Made by a program: the position numbers and the translations under genes
IMG/VR virus record: IMGVR_UViG_3300037782_000115
Span: 1 to 64,000 of that record
Direction: 5' to 3' (one strand)
Origin: a virus
Length of the DNA: 64,000 bases
The notes under the pieces: model-generated
Seen by the model: the letters and a program-made list of their open reading frames with translations, nothing else
Told to the model about the DNA's origin: nothing
Databases searched by the model: none
Shown: positions 9,463 to 19,219 of the stretch, piece by piece
Numbering within the stretch: the first letter of the stretch is position 1
Layout of the letters: every line of letters begins with the position of its first letter

Positions 9463-12400
9463 ATGTCAACCACCTACTACTTCATACGAGGCGAAACCCC
9501 GGGTGGCACCGGAACGTCCGAAGACCCAATCCGTATTGCGGAGGGGACCGAGGGCGACGACATGAGGGCCGTCTACGAGGCCGGCATCGAGGCTATCCAC
9601 GACGCAATGGGGTCGCCATCAGAACCGGTCTTTGTGCTCCTTGGCGAAGAGCCAGACCCGCCCGACGCCAGAGTGTTCGGCAGCAGCAATCACGACCCGA
9701 TCGTCGGCGATGAAGTAGCGGTAACTTACGACCCAGACGAGCTCTTTTGTTTCGTAGGCACCGACTGCGAATTTGCCGGCGCGGACCCGCTCGATGGCGA
9801 GGACGATCGCCCTCTTGTTGTTGTGCCGATGTTCCTGAACCCCTGCGAGCTCGCAAGGAACGAGAACAGAGAGGCCATCCGGGCCGCCGATGTCATCATG
9901 CCGTCAGCGATGACGATCAGGTTCAAGAGGGATGATTTTGTCGTAGACGAGAACCACCCGCTCACCGAGGCGCTGCCCGACTCGTTCTTTGAGGCGTTGT
10001 ACAACGGCGGCAACCCGATCCTTCTTGAGTACGCCGAGGGCGACAAGTTGACGGGGGCAACCTCGCGCAACCCCTACCACGCGCGGTACTCGCGTACGTC
10101 CGACCAGTGGGTGTTCAACGCCACCTCCTGTGTCAAGCACTTCTGGAAGGCGCAGCTTACATACGACAACGGCGGAGCCGAGCAGACCGTGGATGTTGTT
10201 CTCCAGGCAGAGCACACGGCTTCTGACGAGCCCCAGCTGACCGGACACTCACAGCCGGCCCAGAGCCAGATCAACACCATCAGTTCACATGCATCGTCTC
10301 CCGCATTCGTTGGCACGTTCCTGATTATCATCGACGGCGAAGAGTCGGACCCGATCCCTTACAACTGCGACGCGGGCCAGCTACAGGCCGCACTCAATGC
10401 GATGGACAACGTGTTGACTGGTGGTGTGACTGTCACCCACTCAGGAGGCTCTAATCCCAGGCTCAGTGATCCAGGTGTTGTCATGACACTCACCTGGGGC
10501 GGGCCGATGGTGAACCGGCTGATCGAGGTGGAGATCGACACATCAGAGCTTGTGCTCAACCCGCACACACTCGCGACCACGCAACAAGGGGGGCTGCCGG
10601 AGGCTGGTGGAAAGACCGCGGTGGACCGTGGCCTGAACGGCACATTATTTGCGCTCTATGTCTTTAGCGACCAGATATCGCCAGAATTCGAGGACGATGA
10701 CACATATACGCCCGCCGGCGGATCAAGCGCCGTGGCTTTCTCGAGGCACGATCCGTTGGTGTGGGGCAACGCCCCCGGGGTATCCGGCGGCAACAACGAT
10801 GACATATTTGCGCACCCCCAACTCATGGCGGCCGCAGTTCTTGCAACGACATTCCACAGTCCGTGCGGCGGCGAGTTTGTTCCGATTGAGGAGCGAGAGC
10901 GACTTCCTGACGGTGAGAGGGGACTCAATCTTGAGGCCGCCTACGTCAGACCGAATTGCACGCCATGGATCACTGACCCGGAACGAGATTATGTCACGCT
11001 TTGCAACGGCTGCTCTGGTGGGTCAGGGATTCGTAACAACGTCGTCTTCACACCAGACAACTCGGGTTCTGGAGAGCCGTGGGGCGGCATGACTCTCGGT
11101 GGCGGACTGCCCACCTCAAGGCCTACCGAGCGGTTGTGTTGGGAGAACGGGCTCGGCACCGGTCGGACATTCCTGAAACCGCTCACGCCGGGCTGGGACC
11201 AGGAGGTCGGAGAACTCTCGGAAGTCGATGAGAGCTCGGCAACGCTGTCGATGTGTGTCGATTGGGATGGCTCGTGGGACGAGTACGAGTTCGAGACCTG
11301 CGATGGCCACCCGGCCCAGCTGTTCAACGGCGTGGGCGGCACTCACTATTGCTTCAAGACCAACAGGAGCCACCTTCCCACACAGTGCTGCATCACGCTC
11401 ACCGACGCATCGGCTACGTGGACAGACAAGTGCGTGCGTGACGAGACGGTGTTCGGCGCCCGCGTAGGAAGCTTGTGCAACGTCGTCGATTACAGGTGCT
11501 TCATCGAGACGACCTATGTGACCACCGCGGCGATGTGGTTATACGACTACTCGTTCGCGCCGGACACGAATCCTGTCGATCTTCGGCAGGTGCAGTGGAA
11601 GTATTTCCAGCAGGACCCCGAGTTTAATCTGTACAGCTACACCTACGACTCTGGCGACGTCGGCGACATGTCTCAGCTGGTTGGGGCATGGACTCTCGGC
11701 GCGACGATCACCACAACGCCAGCCGGCACAGAAACCCTGACCAGCATCCTGCAATACGACCCGACCAGGACGGGCTCGGGTTCTTGGGAAGACGCTACGT
11801 GCAGCGCCTTGTTCATGAATGCAACCAATATCACGCACGGAATCGGCATGCGCATGGAAGACGATGCCGGCAATGACGCGTTTGGGTATGGCGCCTACAT
11901 TGAGCCGACGGGCGAAGGCGTGGGTAACGCTGTTGTGGCCAAGTACGACAACGGCGTCGAAACGATCCTGGCCAGCCAAGAAATCGTGCTCGACAACGAC
12001 GAGGTGGATGTGGTGCTCCGTGTGTGGGGGCACTCGATTCTGTTTGAGTACGAGGTGAGCGGCCAGGACGTCGGCAGCATCAGCGTGAGCGATTGCGAAA
12101 TAACGTCGACGGGCGGACCGACATTGTTCACAAAGGGCACCGGCGCAGTGGCTGAGTTCTCTGATTGGGTGATCCAAGACCAGAAACGATCGTTCCTCAA
12201 CCACACCGGATCGATCGGCAGCGACAACATCGGCATCACCACCGAGCCCAAGCTTCTCGATTCGTACGGCAAGTGTAACGAGAGCTCCACTGGCTGTTGT
12301 GGCGGCTGCTGCACACCCGAGTGCTGCAACTGCACAAGCTGGTACCAGACACTCTGGGGGCGTTCGAGTTCGTCGTGGTCCGGGCCGGGTGACCTACAGA

Positions 12401-12675
12401 ACGGCGACGACGGGGGCAGCATCACAAACCCGACGTCTTGCGGCGGGCCGTTCTATAACAGGTCCTGTGCACAGAGCGGGTGGTGTGGGGCCGATGAATT
12501 GTCGAGTTTCTGTGGCTCGTGCCCAGAACCCTGGGCTTGCGTGGACTTCTGCCTGCCGTCGAGGTGTTACGACAGTCGTGACGGCTCGGTGACGTTCCAC
12601 TATGATCCAGAAGACGAGCCCAATATTTGCAGCGGACTCACTCAGTGGTGTTCAGGACCGGTGTACTGCGCATGA
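9463..12675 (+). CDS. Large tail-associated protein with Cys-rich C-terminus
   Basis: 1070 aa; GTF...G..S..I.YN.....QAAL.A.....G.V.VT module; 19 Cys in the last ~135 aa. Confidence 0.55.
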   Translation: MSTTYYFIRGETPGGTGTSEDPIRIAEGTEGDDMRAVYEAGIEAIHDAMGSPSEPVFVLLGEEPDPPDARVFGSSNHDPIVGDEVAVTYDPDELFCFVGTDCEFAGADPLDGEDDRPLVVVPMFLNPCELARNENREAIRAADVIMPSAMTIRFKRDDFVVDENHPLTEALPDSFFEALYNGGNPILLEYAEGDKLTGATSRNPYHARYSRTSDQWVFNATSCVKHFWKAQLTYDNGGAEQTVDVVLQAEHTASDEPQLTGHSQPAQSQINTISSHASSPAFVGTFLIIIDGEESDPIPYNCDAGQLQAALNAMDNVLTGGVTVTHSGGSNPRLSDPGVVMTLTWGGPMVNRLIEVEIDTSELVLNPHTLATTQQGGLPEAGGKTAVDRGLNGTLFALYVFSDQISPEFEDDDTYTPAGGSSAVAFSRHDPLVWGNAPGVSGGNNDDIFAHPQLMAAAVLATTFHSPCGGEFVPIEERERLPDGERGLNLEAAYVRPNCTPWITDPERDYVTLCNGCSGGSGIRNNVVFTPDNSGSGEPWGGMTLGGGLPTSRPTERLCWENGLGTGRTFLKPLTPGWDQEVGELSEVDESSATLSMCVDWDGSWDEYEFETCDGHPAQLFNGVGGTHYCFKTNRSHLPTQCCITLTDASATWTDKCVRDETVFGARVGSLCNVVDYRCFIETTYVTTAAMWLYDYSFAPDTNPVDLRQVQWKYFQQDPEFNLYSYTYDSGDVGDMSQLVGAWTLGATITTTPAGTETLTSILQYDPTRTGSGSWEDATCSALFMNATNITHGIGMRMEDDAGNDAFGYGAYIEPTGEGVGNAVVAKYDNGVETILASQEIVLDNDEVDVVLRVWGHSILFEYEVSGQDVGSISVSDCEITSTGGPTLFTKGTGAVAEFSDWVIQDQKRSFLNHTGSIGSDNIGITTEPKLLDSYGKCNESSTGCCGGCCTPECCNCTSWYQTLWGRSSSSWSGPGDLQNGDDGGSITNPTSCGGPFYNRSCAQSGWCGADELSSFCGSCPEPWACVDFCLPSRCYDSRDGSVTFHYDPEDEPNICSGLTQWCSGPVYCA

Positions 12676-13058
12676 CACAAGAAGACCAAATCCGAGAATA
12701 CGCGATTCAGAAGGGCTGGCTCAAATCTGGCGAGGATGTCAGCGGGCTCAAGCCGAGCCAGTATCGCAAGGCGGCTGTCGCCATCCGGCCTGGCCGGCAG
12801 GCAGCCAAAGACATTGTGACGGCGGTCGAGTCGAGAGTTTCAACCACACTCAAGCTTCGTGTTGTGCCCCAGGAAATCATCGATCGCAACGTGAAGATAT
12901 GCAGGTCGTGCCCGAGTGGTAAATACACAGAGATCCGCGGCGGGAAGCCGGTTTGCAAAACGTGCAGCTGCAACGGCAAGTGGCTCGAGTCGAAGTGGAA
13001 GGACCCAAGGCAGAAGTGTCCCGAGGGCCACTGGAGCAATGAGGGGCACGGCAAATGA
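12672..13058 (+). CDS. Small Cys-cluster (metal-binding) protein
   Basis: ATGA overlaps at both ends; R..ICxxCP...CxxCxC...CP.G.W. Confidence 0.6.
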   Translation: MTQEDQIREYAIQKGWLKSGEDVSGLKPSQYRKAAVAIRPGRQAAKDIVTAVESRVSTTLKLRVVPQEIIDRNVKICRSCPSGKYTEIRGGKPVCKTCSCNGKWLESKWKDPRQKCPEGHWSNEGHGK

Positions 13059-13942
13059 AGAACACAAACCAGCTCGCGCCAGCGCTGTACGCCACAACTA
13101 TCAACGGCGCAATGCGGTTTGCGAAGCTCTGGAGAATAGTCCGCACCGACGGCCAGGAGCTGTGTTTTACCGACAACACCACGTCGATCGACTACGACGA
13201 TGGCGATGGCGAGAAGACATACACACCCGTCGGCGGGTTCCTCTCGAGCGCAGAGGAGGGCGAGGACGGCCTATCGCCCTCGAACCGCGAGCTTGTCGGC
13301 ATCATCAGGGATGACAGAATCACAGAGGAAGACCTACAGGCCGGCAGATACCGGCTTTCTGTGATCCATGAGTACACCGTCGACCCCACGACGCCGTGGA
13401 GGGGTGCGTACCGGATTAACACGTACACACTGAGGTCGACCAAGCACAACGCGGATCAATGGGAGGGGCAGACCGAGGGGCCGCTGACAAAGCTGCGGGT
13501 CACCGTCGGGAGCTCGTGGGAGCCCACGTGCCGGTGGAAAGACCGGTTTGGTGGCGATGATTGTGGTTTCGACCTGGACACTGTGCGTGTCGAGGGCGCT
13601 GCGGTCGCCGCTGTGGTCAATGCCCAGAAAGAGTTCGAGACCGACGTCCCGACAGGCAAAGGCAACGACTACTACAACGACGGCAAGGTGACATGGTTGA
13701 CGGGAAACAACGCCGGCCTGATATCCGACATCAAGGACTACACAGAAGAGGATGGCGTGTTGCGTCTATTTACAGGTACGCCTTATGACATCGAGGTGGG
13801 AGACACCTTTGATCTCATTCCGGGCTGCGATGGAAGGTTTGTCACATGCAGTCAATACGGGAACAAAGACAACTTCGGCGGAGCACACTTGATGCCGGGT
13901 GCGGACGACGTTCTCTTGACGCCGGATGCCCCAGCGGAGTAG
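13055..13942 (+). CDS. DUF2163 (RcGTA gp13-like) baseplate hub protein
   Basis: WRIVRTDG...FTD, ITEEDLQAGRY, C...FG...C, GDTF...PGCD...C...N..NFGG motifs. Confidence 0.9.
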   Translation: MKNTNQLAPALYATTINGAMRFAKLWRIVRTDGQELCFTDNTTSIDYDDGDGEKTYTPVGGFLSSAEEGEDGLSPSNRELVGIIRDDRITEEDLQAGRYRLSVIHEYTVDPTTPWRGAYRINTYTLRSTKHNADQWEGQTEGPLTKLRVTVGSSWEPTCRWKDRFGGDDCGFDLDTVRVEGAAVAAVVNAQKEFETDVPTGKGNDYYNDGKVTWLTGNNAGLISDIKDYTEEDGVLRLFTGTPYDIEVGDTFDLIPGCDGRFVTCSQYGNKDNFGGAHLMPGADDVLLTPDAPAE

Positions 13943-14439
13943 ACCGCAGGGCGTTTGTTCTCGCGGCCCGGTCGTATGTTGGTACACCGTTTCATCACGC
14001 CGGTCGGAAGAAGGGCCCAGATGGTGGCGTGGATTGCATCGGCCTGATCTGCGGCGCATGGACCGAGATCGGCTTTCAGTTCAAGGACTTCACGGCCTAC
14101 TCGATGAGGCCCAGCAGCTACGTCCTGATCGAGAAGTGTGAGTTGTATGCAGACCGGATCAAGCCATCAGAAATCGAGCCAGGGGACCTTGGCCTCTTCT
14201 GGCTCGACAGCCAGAAGAGGTACCCGCAACACATCTGTGTATTCTCAGACTACGCAGGCGGCCTCGGCATGATCCATTCGCATTCGGGTGCCGGCCGTCC
14301 CGGAGTCGCCCGCGGTCGTGGCCGCGTGTCTAAAGCCAAAGACCTTGGATCTGTGGTAGAACACGCCTACATGAACCCATGGAAGAACCGTCTCGTGACG
14401 GCGCTCAGGTTGAAGGGAGCCCAGCCATGGCAACCCTAG
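13846..14439 (+). CDS. NlpC/P60 tail-associated peptidase (RcGTA gp14-like); start uncertain
   Basis: ARSYVGTPFHHAGR...GVDCIGL catalytic Cys, PGD..LF, H, IH. Confidence 0.85.
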   Translation: MQSIREQRQLRRSTLDAGCGRRSLDAGCPSGVDRRAFVLAARSYVGTPFHHAGRKKGPDGGVDCIGLICGAWTEIGFQFKDFTAYSMRPSSYVLIEKCELYADRIKPSEIEPGDLGLFWLDSQKRYPQHICVFSDYAGGLGMIHSHSGAGRPGVARGRGRVSKAKDLGSVVEHAYMNPWKNRLVTALRLKGAQPWQP

Positions 14440-16802
14440 CACTATTCGCGGTCGGGTCGGCAATCGGCGCCTCAACCCTGGGTACTGGTGTTGTCGCGTT
14501 TGGCTTGACCGGCGCCGCGATCGGCGGATTTGTGGGCGGGAGCATCGGGTCGTTTATTGACTCGACATATCTGTTCCCCGCCATCTTTGGGAGAGACAAC
14601 CTGAGCGGACCGCGGCTCACCGATCAGCCGGTGATGACCAATCAGCGCGGGGCGCCGATGCATTGGATCCTCGGCCCAAGAAGCCGGGTTGGCGGCACGG
14701 TTATTTGGAAGTCGCCCCTCATCGAACAGAAGTCGACTGTAGATGCCGGCAAGGGCGGCATCTCAGGACCGTCGGCCAGCACGTACAGCTACTCGGTTGA
14801 CATGGCCATCGGCGTCTGCGACACGAAGGGCCTGCCCGACAACAGGATCGGCCGCGTCGTCAAGATCTACGCAGACGCCAAAGTGATCTACGACGGGAGC
14901 TCTCCAGACACGACCAAATACGATGGCATCACGATCTACGACGGGTCGCAGACAACCTCGGACCCAACGATTGTCTCATACGAGGGCGAAGAGAATACAT
15001 ACCCATTCAAGAAGACCTGCTACATCGTTATCAACAGACTTAAGCTTGCAGACTACGGCAACAGAATCCCGAACATATCGGTCGTCGTCGAGCAGGAGAA
15101 CCCGTTCACGCTACAGGACGCCATCAGCCTGATCATGCAGCGTGCCGGCTATGACACGAGCGAGTTCAGCGTGAATCGGCTCGACCAGTGCCTGAACGGA
15201 TATATCGTCTCGGGCCCGCAAGAAATGGGACGGGCCCTGGCTCCGCTTATGCTCGCCTTCAATGTTAATGTCCAGGAGCGAGACGGGGTAATCAACTTCA
15301 TCCCGAAGGGGGACGAGGACCGGTTGGTCGTCGACATGAATGACCTGGCCGCATCATCGCCAGAGAGCCGAGACGCGCCGCGACTCTTGGATGTTACAGA
15401 CGTCGACAACTATGATTTGCCCAGCGAGGTTGCGGTCCGCTATTACGACCACACGCTCAATCTTGAGCAGGGCTCTCAGCGCAAGGCTCGGAACGACCAC
15501 GTCCAGCAGAACCGGGTCACGCTCGACTTGCCCATCACGCTCGACGGCAAAGAGGCGCTGAACATCGCGACAAGATACCTCTGGGCCGCCGAGGCAGAGC
15601 GCCAACGGGTCGAGCTTGTTCTGCCTCCTAAATATCTCGGCCTCCGAGAAGGCATGACCCTCGTCCTACCAGATTACATGGGCCGCGAACGAGAAGTATG
15701 GGTGCGCAAGGTGGCTGTCGGCCACGATTACAGGGTGATGGTCGAAGGCATGTTCTACGACCCCGACGTGTACGACGTCGACTCTGTCGTTGATGAGACC
15801 GACACCGACGACGCTTTCTATCAGCCGGGCGAGACCGTTGGTGTGGTAGTCGACATGCCTGCCCTTACGCCTTCGCAAGAAGATCGTGTTGGTCTCTACT
15901 ACGTCGTGTGCAACAAGGACAGGTCTGGTGCGTGGCGAGGCGCCCAGCTTTGGGACAGCACAAACAACATCGACTTCGACAAAGAGGTAGATATCGGTGT
16001 GGAGGCCACTATCGGCCTGACGACCGGTGGATACATGAACCCGCTGTCGAGGCCACACCGCTGGGACCGCTCGAGCCATTTGGACATCCTGACCTATGAC
16101 GGCGGCTTGTCGAGCGCGTCGGAAAGCGAGGTGTTGTCGGGAGCGAACCGGCTCGCACTACAGAGCGCGACAGGCGAATACGAGATTGTGGCCTTTGCAA
16201 ACTCGGAGCTCCTTGAGACCGGCAAATACCGAATCAGCACGCTCCTGCGCGGCTTGCGCGGGACGGACCACCTCATCCCGCACCAAACGGGCTTTGGCAG
16301 AATCGCAGTCCTTGGCGAAGCGAGCAGCCTCCGGTTTATCGAGAGGCCCTATGGCGACAACTCCTACTGGAAATTCCCGGCTGTAGGGGGTTTGGTCTCC
16401 GACTACGAATCACAGAGGGCGCTTGTGTCCGCCAGGACTCTCCGGCCGTTTTCTCCGTGCAATCTCCGCGGGGAGTACAACGAAGACGAAGACCTTGTGA
16501 TCTCGTGGACCAGGCGGATGAAGTACGCCCGGGGCATATTCTCAGAAAAAGTGCTGCCAGCAGACGAGACGCCGGAAACGTATGAGGTCGACATCCTGAG
16601 TGGGTCGATACTTGAGGGATCAACTGTCGTACGAACGATCGAGGTTACAGAGGCAACAACCGTCACGTATGATGCAGGAACGATCGCGAGTGATGGCTTT
16701 ATCCCCGGGTATCCGATCGGCGTTGCGGTCTATCAGGTGAGCCAGGTCGCCGGCCGCGGCCCCGGAGCGTTCCGAGTGATGTACAGCAATCTGTGGGGTT
16801 AA
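14427..16802 (+). CDS. RcGTA gp15-like tail tip / host specificity protein
   Basis: MATLA start after GGGAG; G+.IW, YSYSVD.AI..C, DYGNRIPN, LPSEV.V.Y.D, LLRGLRGT motifs. Confidence 0.85.
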   Translation: MATLALFAVGSAIGASTLGTGVVAFGLTGAAIGGFVGGSIGSFIDSTYLFPAIFGRDNLSGPRLTDQPVMTNQRGAPMHWILGPRSRVGGTVIWKSPLIEQKSTVDAGKGGISGPSASTYSYSVDMAIGVCDTKGLPDNRIGRVVKIYADAKVIYDGSSPDTTKYDGITIYDGSQTTSDPTIVSYEGEENTYPFKKTCYIVINRLKLADYGNRIPNISVVVEQENPFTLQDAISLIMQRAGYDTSEFSVNRLDQCLNGYIVSGPQEMGRALAPLMLAFNVNVQERDGVINFIPKGDEDRLVVDMNDLAASSPESRDAPRLLDVTDVDNYDLPSEVAVRYYDHTLNLEQGSQRKARNDHVQQNRVTLDLPITLDGKEALNIATRYLWAAEAERQRVELVLPPKYLGLREGMTLVLPDYMGREREVWVRKVAVGHDYRVMVEGMFYDPDVYDVDSVVDETDTDDAFYQPGETVGVVVDMPALTPSQEDRVGLYYVVCNKDRSGAWRGAQLWDSTNNIDFDKEVDIGVEATIGLTTGGYMNPLSRPHRWDRSSHLDILTYDGGLSSASESEVLSGANRLALQSATGEYEIVAFANSELLETGKYRISTLLRGLRGTDHLIPHQTGFGRIAVLGEASSLRFIERPYGDNSYWKFPAVGGLVSDYESQRALVSARTLRPFSPCNLRGEYNEDEDLVISWTRRMKYARGIFSEKVLPADETPETYEVDILSGSILEGSTVVRTIEVTEATTVTYDAGTIASDGFIPGYPIGVAVYQVSQVAGRGPGAFRVMYSNLWG

Positions 16803-16808
16803 ATTACC

Positions 16809-17567
16809 ATGAGCGATGACCGTACGACCAGATTCAAGCTTCCGTACCTCTCAGAGAGCCAGGACAACGCCGAGGTGTCCCACAACGAGGCGATCGACCG
16901 GCTCGACCTTCTCAACGGCATGCTGGTCAAGACTCGCAGCCTGAGTTCGCCGCCCGGCATCACCGATGGCGAGGTGTTCATCATTGGCGACAGCGCCACC
17001 GGGGCCTGGTCTGGATTCGATGGCGAGCTCGGAATGGCGATCAACTCGTCATGGACAATTCTGGACCCAGCAAACGGCTTACCGTTCTACGTCGAGGACG
17101 AGGACGCGCCGGGCATATGGATCAACGGCCCGGTGTTCCGCCAGATGAGCCCGCGCATCGCCCTGGGCAAGACGGCCAACCAGACACTCTCTGGCGGCAC
17201 CGAGACGAACGTCACGTGGAATTCGCAGATTGCCATCGATCGGTACTACACACACAGCACATCAAGCCTGACCGAGCGCATAAACGTCCCAGATGTGGGG
17301 CTTTATGAGATCGAGTGCCAACTCACGATCGAGAGGACGTCGGGCTCGGGCGAGCACGAGCTCGCGCTCCGTGTTTACGGGGCCACCACGCAGTTGACCC
17401 GGGCTGAGTCGCGGATCTCGTTCGACGGCACGTACCACACGGTGACGATCAAGGTGATCGCCTCGGTCTCCGCGGCCTACATCAAGGTGACTGCGCAGAG
17501 GACCGCCGGCGCCGGTGACTTGCGGGTCAACGCCGCGGGCAGTTTCCTCAAGATCAGTCGGGCATAG
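16809..17567 (+). CDS. DUF2793 tail fibre-like protein with C1q/TNF-like C-terminal domain
   Basis: TTRFKLPYL...Q...EVSHNEA...LD, PP...DG..FI....TGAW.G; beta-sandwich C-terminus. Confidence 0.8.
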   Translation: MSDDRTTRFKLPYLSESQDNAEVSHNEAIDRLDLLNGMLVKTRSLSSPPGITDGEVFIIGDSATGAWSGFDGELGMAINSSWTILDPANGLPFYVEDEDAPGIWINGPVFRQMSPRIALGKTANQTLSGGTETNVTWNSQIAIDRYYTHSTSSLTERINVPDVGLYEIECQLTIERTSGSGEHELALRVYGATTQLTRAESRISFDGTYHTVTIKVIASVSAAYIKVTAQRTAGAGDLRVNAAGSFLKISRA

Positions 17568-17579
17568 TCATACGGGTAT

Positions 17580-17608
17580 TGGACACCCGGACGATACCAG
17601 TGTATCCT
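17580..17608 (+). promoter_or_regulatory. Sigma70-like promoter with overlapping inverted repeat
   Basis: TGGACA-N17-TATCCT; GGTAT(17575-79)/ATACC(17594-98) IR; SD AGGAGGT at 17614. Confidence 0.6.
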
Positions 17609-17628
17609 GCCCCAGGAGGTAGGACGCA

Positions 17629-17970
17629 ATGGAACCCTTGACGCCGCGCCAGCGTGACGCACTAGAAGCCATCCGAACAATCATCTCGGAAACGGGGTGC
17701 TCGCCGTCCATTCAGGAAATCGCCAACAGGCTCGGGAACAGCAAGAGTGCTACGTCCGAGCTTGTCGACATCCTGATCAGAAAGAAGCATGTCGAGCGAG
17801 TCGGCGACCAGCGCCGCGGTCTCGTTATCTGCGGCCAGGACCTGATACCCAGAAAAGACGCGATCAGGGTGGTTGATTCGGCACTCGGTAAGAAGTCGCC
17901 GAGCGATACGGTGGGCAATGCGCACGAAAAGATCGTCGCCAAACTCAAGAGCATAAAGGGCCGCACATGA
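17629..17970 (+). CDS. LexA N-terminal-like wHTH regulator without peptidase domain
   Basis: LTPRQ..L..I......G.SPSIQEIA..LG..KS...L..K..V.R....RG; only 113 aa. Confidence 0.8.
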   Translation: MEPLTPRQRDALEAIRTIISETGCSPSIQEIANRLGNSKSATSELVDILIRKKHVERVGDQRRGLVICGQDLIPRKDAIRVVDSALGKKSPSDTVGNAHEKIVAKLKSIKGRT

Positions 17971-19211
17971 GCCGAGATCAAAAGAAGGGTCTTGCCCTCA
18001 AAGACACGATGCCATTCAAGATCAGCGATATGACCCTCAAAAACGCCGAGCTGTTGTGCAAAGAACAGCCGGAAGTGGCGGCAAAGGTGTTGATGGCGAT
18101 CGCGTCACAGAACACCGCCGAATTGCCGGACACGACGTTCGTTCGTCGTGAAGACGGCGCGTACCTCAAGAAGGTGCGGTCGACAGTAATGCTGACCGAA
18201 AGTTCTGGCGAGATTATCCGGCTCCCCACCGGCAATAAGTACACGCTCTCGATCGAGGGTTACCGCCGGCTCAATGCTCTCAACTCTGTGATGATTGTCC
18301 GGCCAGAGCATGTTATCGTCGACGGCCAGAAGCAGATGAACCCTCTCATCCAGGTGAATCAAAAAACAAGGATGCCGGAGGTTGTGTACGCGCGGTGTTT
18401 TGCGGTTGGCTACTCGCCTACCGGGTCGCTCGTGGCCACCGACGTGATGATTCGCCTGGATATCAACATCTATTTGCTCGAGAACATCCAGGCGAAAATC
18501 AAGCGCGCCGGAACGCCGGAGGCCGCGGACCTGATCGGCATGTATGGCGCCTCAGACGACGAGGATGTCCCCAAGGGATACAAGTTCTTCCCGATCCATT
18601 CAACGGGCGGCATCGGCCTGTGGGTCAACACGAAGTCCAAGGTCATCCACGAGGTGATGCGGGACCACACCACCAGACTCAAATTCATCGAGAGGCTGGC
18701 GCAGAGCTTCGCCGAGCGAAACGCACTCAAGGCCCACCCGTCGATCCCGAGCACCATACAGGCCGAAAATGGCAGGGCCATGGTGACAGTCACGGGCTGG
18801 GTCAACGACTTTGATCGTGACGACATCCGCAAGCTCCAAGACTTGGCCCAGAACGACAGGCTCGAGGACTTCCGTGACGGCGTGATCGACGTGACCGCGA
18901 CCGCCGTCGTGACGTCGATCGACGAGGAAGATGTCGAGGTGATCAACCAGGTTGCGGACGATGACCGCGCCGAACAGAATCGGCAAGAGGGCGATGACGA
19001 CGAAGAGCAGGGGCAGGCGGAGCAGGAGGAGGCCGAGGTTAAGGCCGACATGCTCCCCGTGGCCGCCAAGGCGTACGCGGATCTCCGCGATCTCGTTGGC
19101 ATCGCAAAGGCGAACGCGGTCAAGGCGGGATGTGGAATCGAGAATCTCGAAGAGGCCACTGCTGAAGAGTTGAAGGACTTTATCACGAAGGCCAACCAGA
19201 CAGAAGGTTAG
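17967..19211 (+). CDS. Hypothetical protein, possibly single-strand annealing/recombination protein
   Basis: 414 aa, ATGA overlap, acidic linker and small C-terminal domain; adjacent to Rad50-like ATPase; function inferred from context only. Confidence 0.35.
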   Translation: MSRDQKKGLALKDTMPFKISDMTLKNAELLCKEQPEVAAKVLMAIASQNTAELPDTTFVRREDGAYLKKVRSTVMLTESSGEIIRLPTGNKYTLSIEGYRRLNALNSVMIVRPEHVIVDGQKQMNPLIQVNQKTRMPEVVYARCFAVGYSPTGSLVATDVMIRLDINIYLLENIQAKIKRAGTPEAADLIGMYGASDDEDVPKGYKFFPIHSTGGIGLWVNTKSKVIHEVMRDHTTRLKFIERLAQSFAERNALKAHPSIPSTIQAENGRAMVTVTGWVNDFDRDDIRKLQDLAQNDRLEDFRDGVIDVTATAVVTSIDEEDVEVINQVADDDRAEQNRQEGDDDEEQGQAEQEEAEVKADMLPVAAKAYADLRDLVGIAKANAVKAGCGIENLEEATAEELKDFITKANQTEG

Positions 19212-19219
19212 GAGAAATC

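Noticed and set aside
5984-17567. Interpretation as a gene transfer agent
   Set aside because: The GTA-like tail tip is linked to a long tape measure and full replication and early modules, indicating a genuine phage
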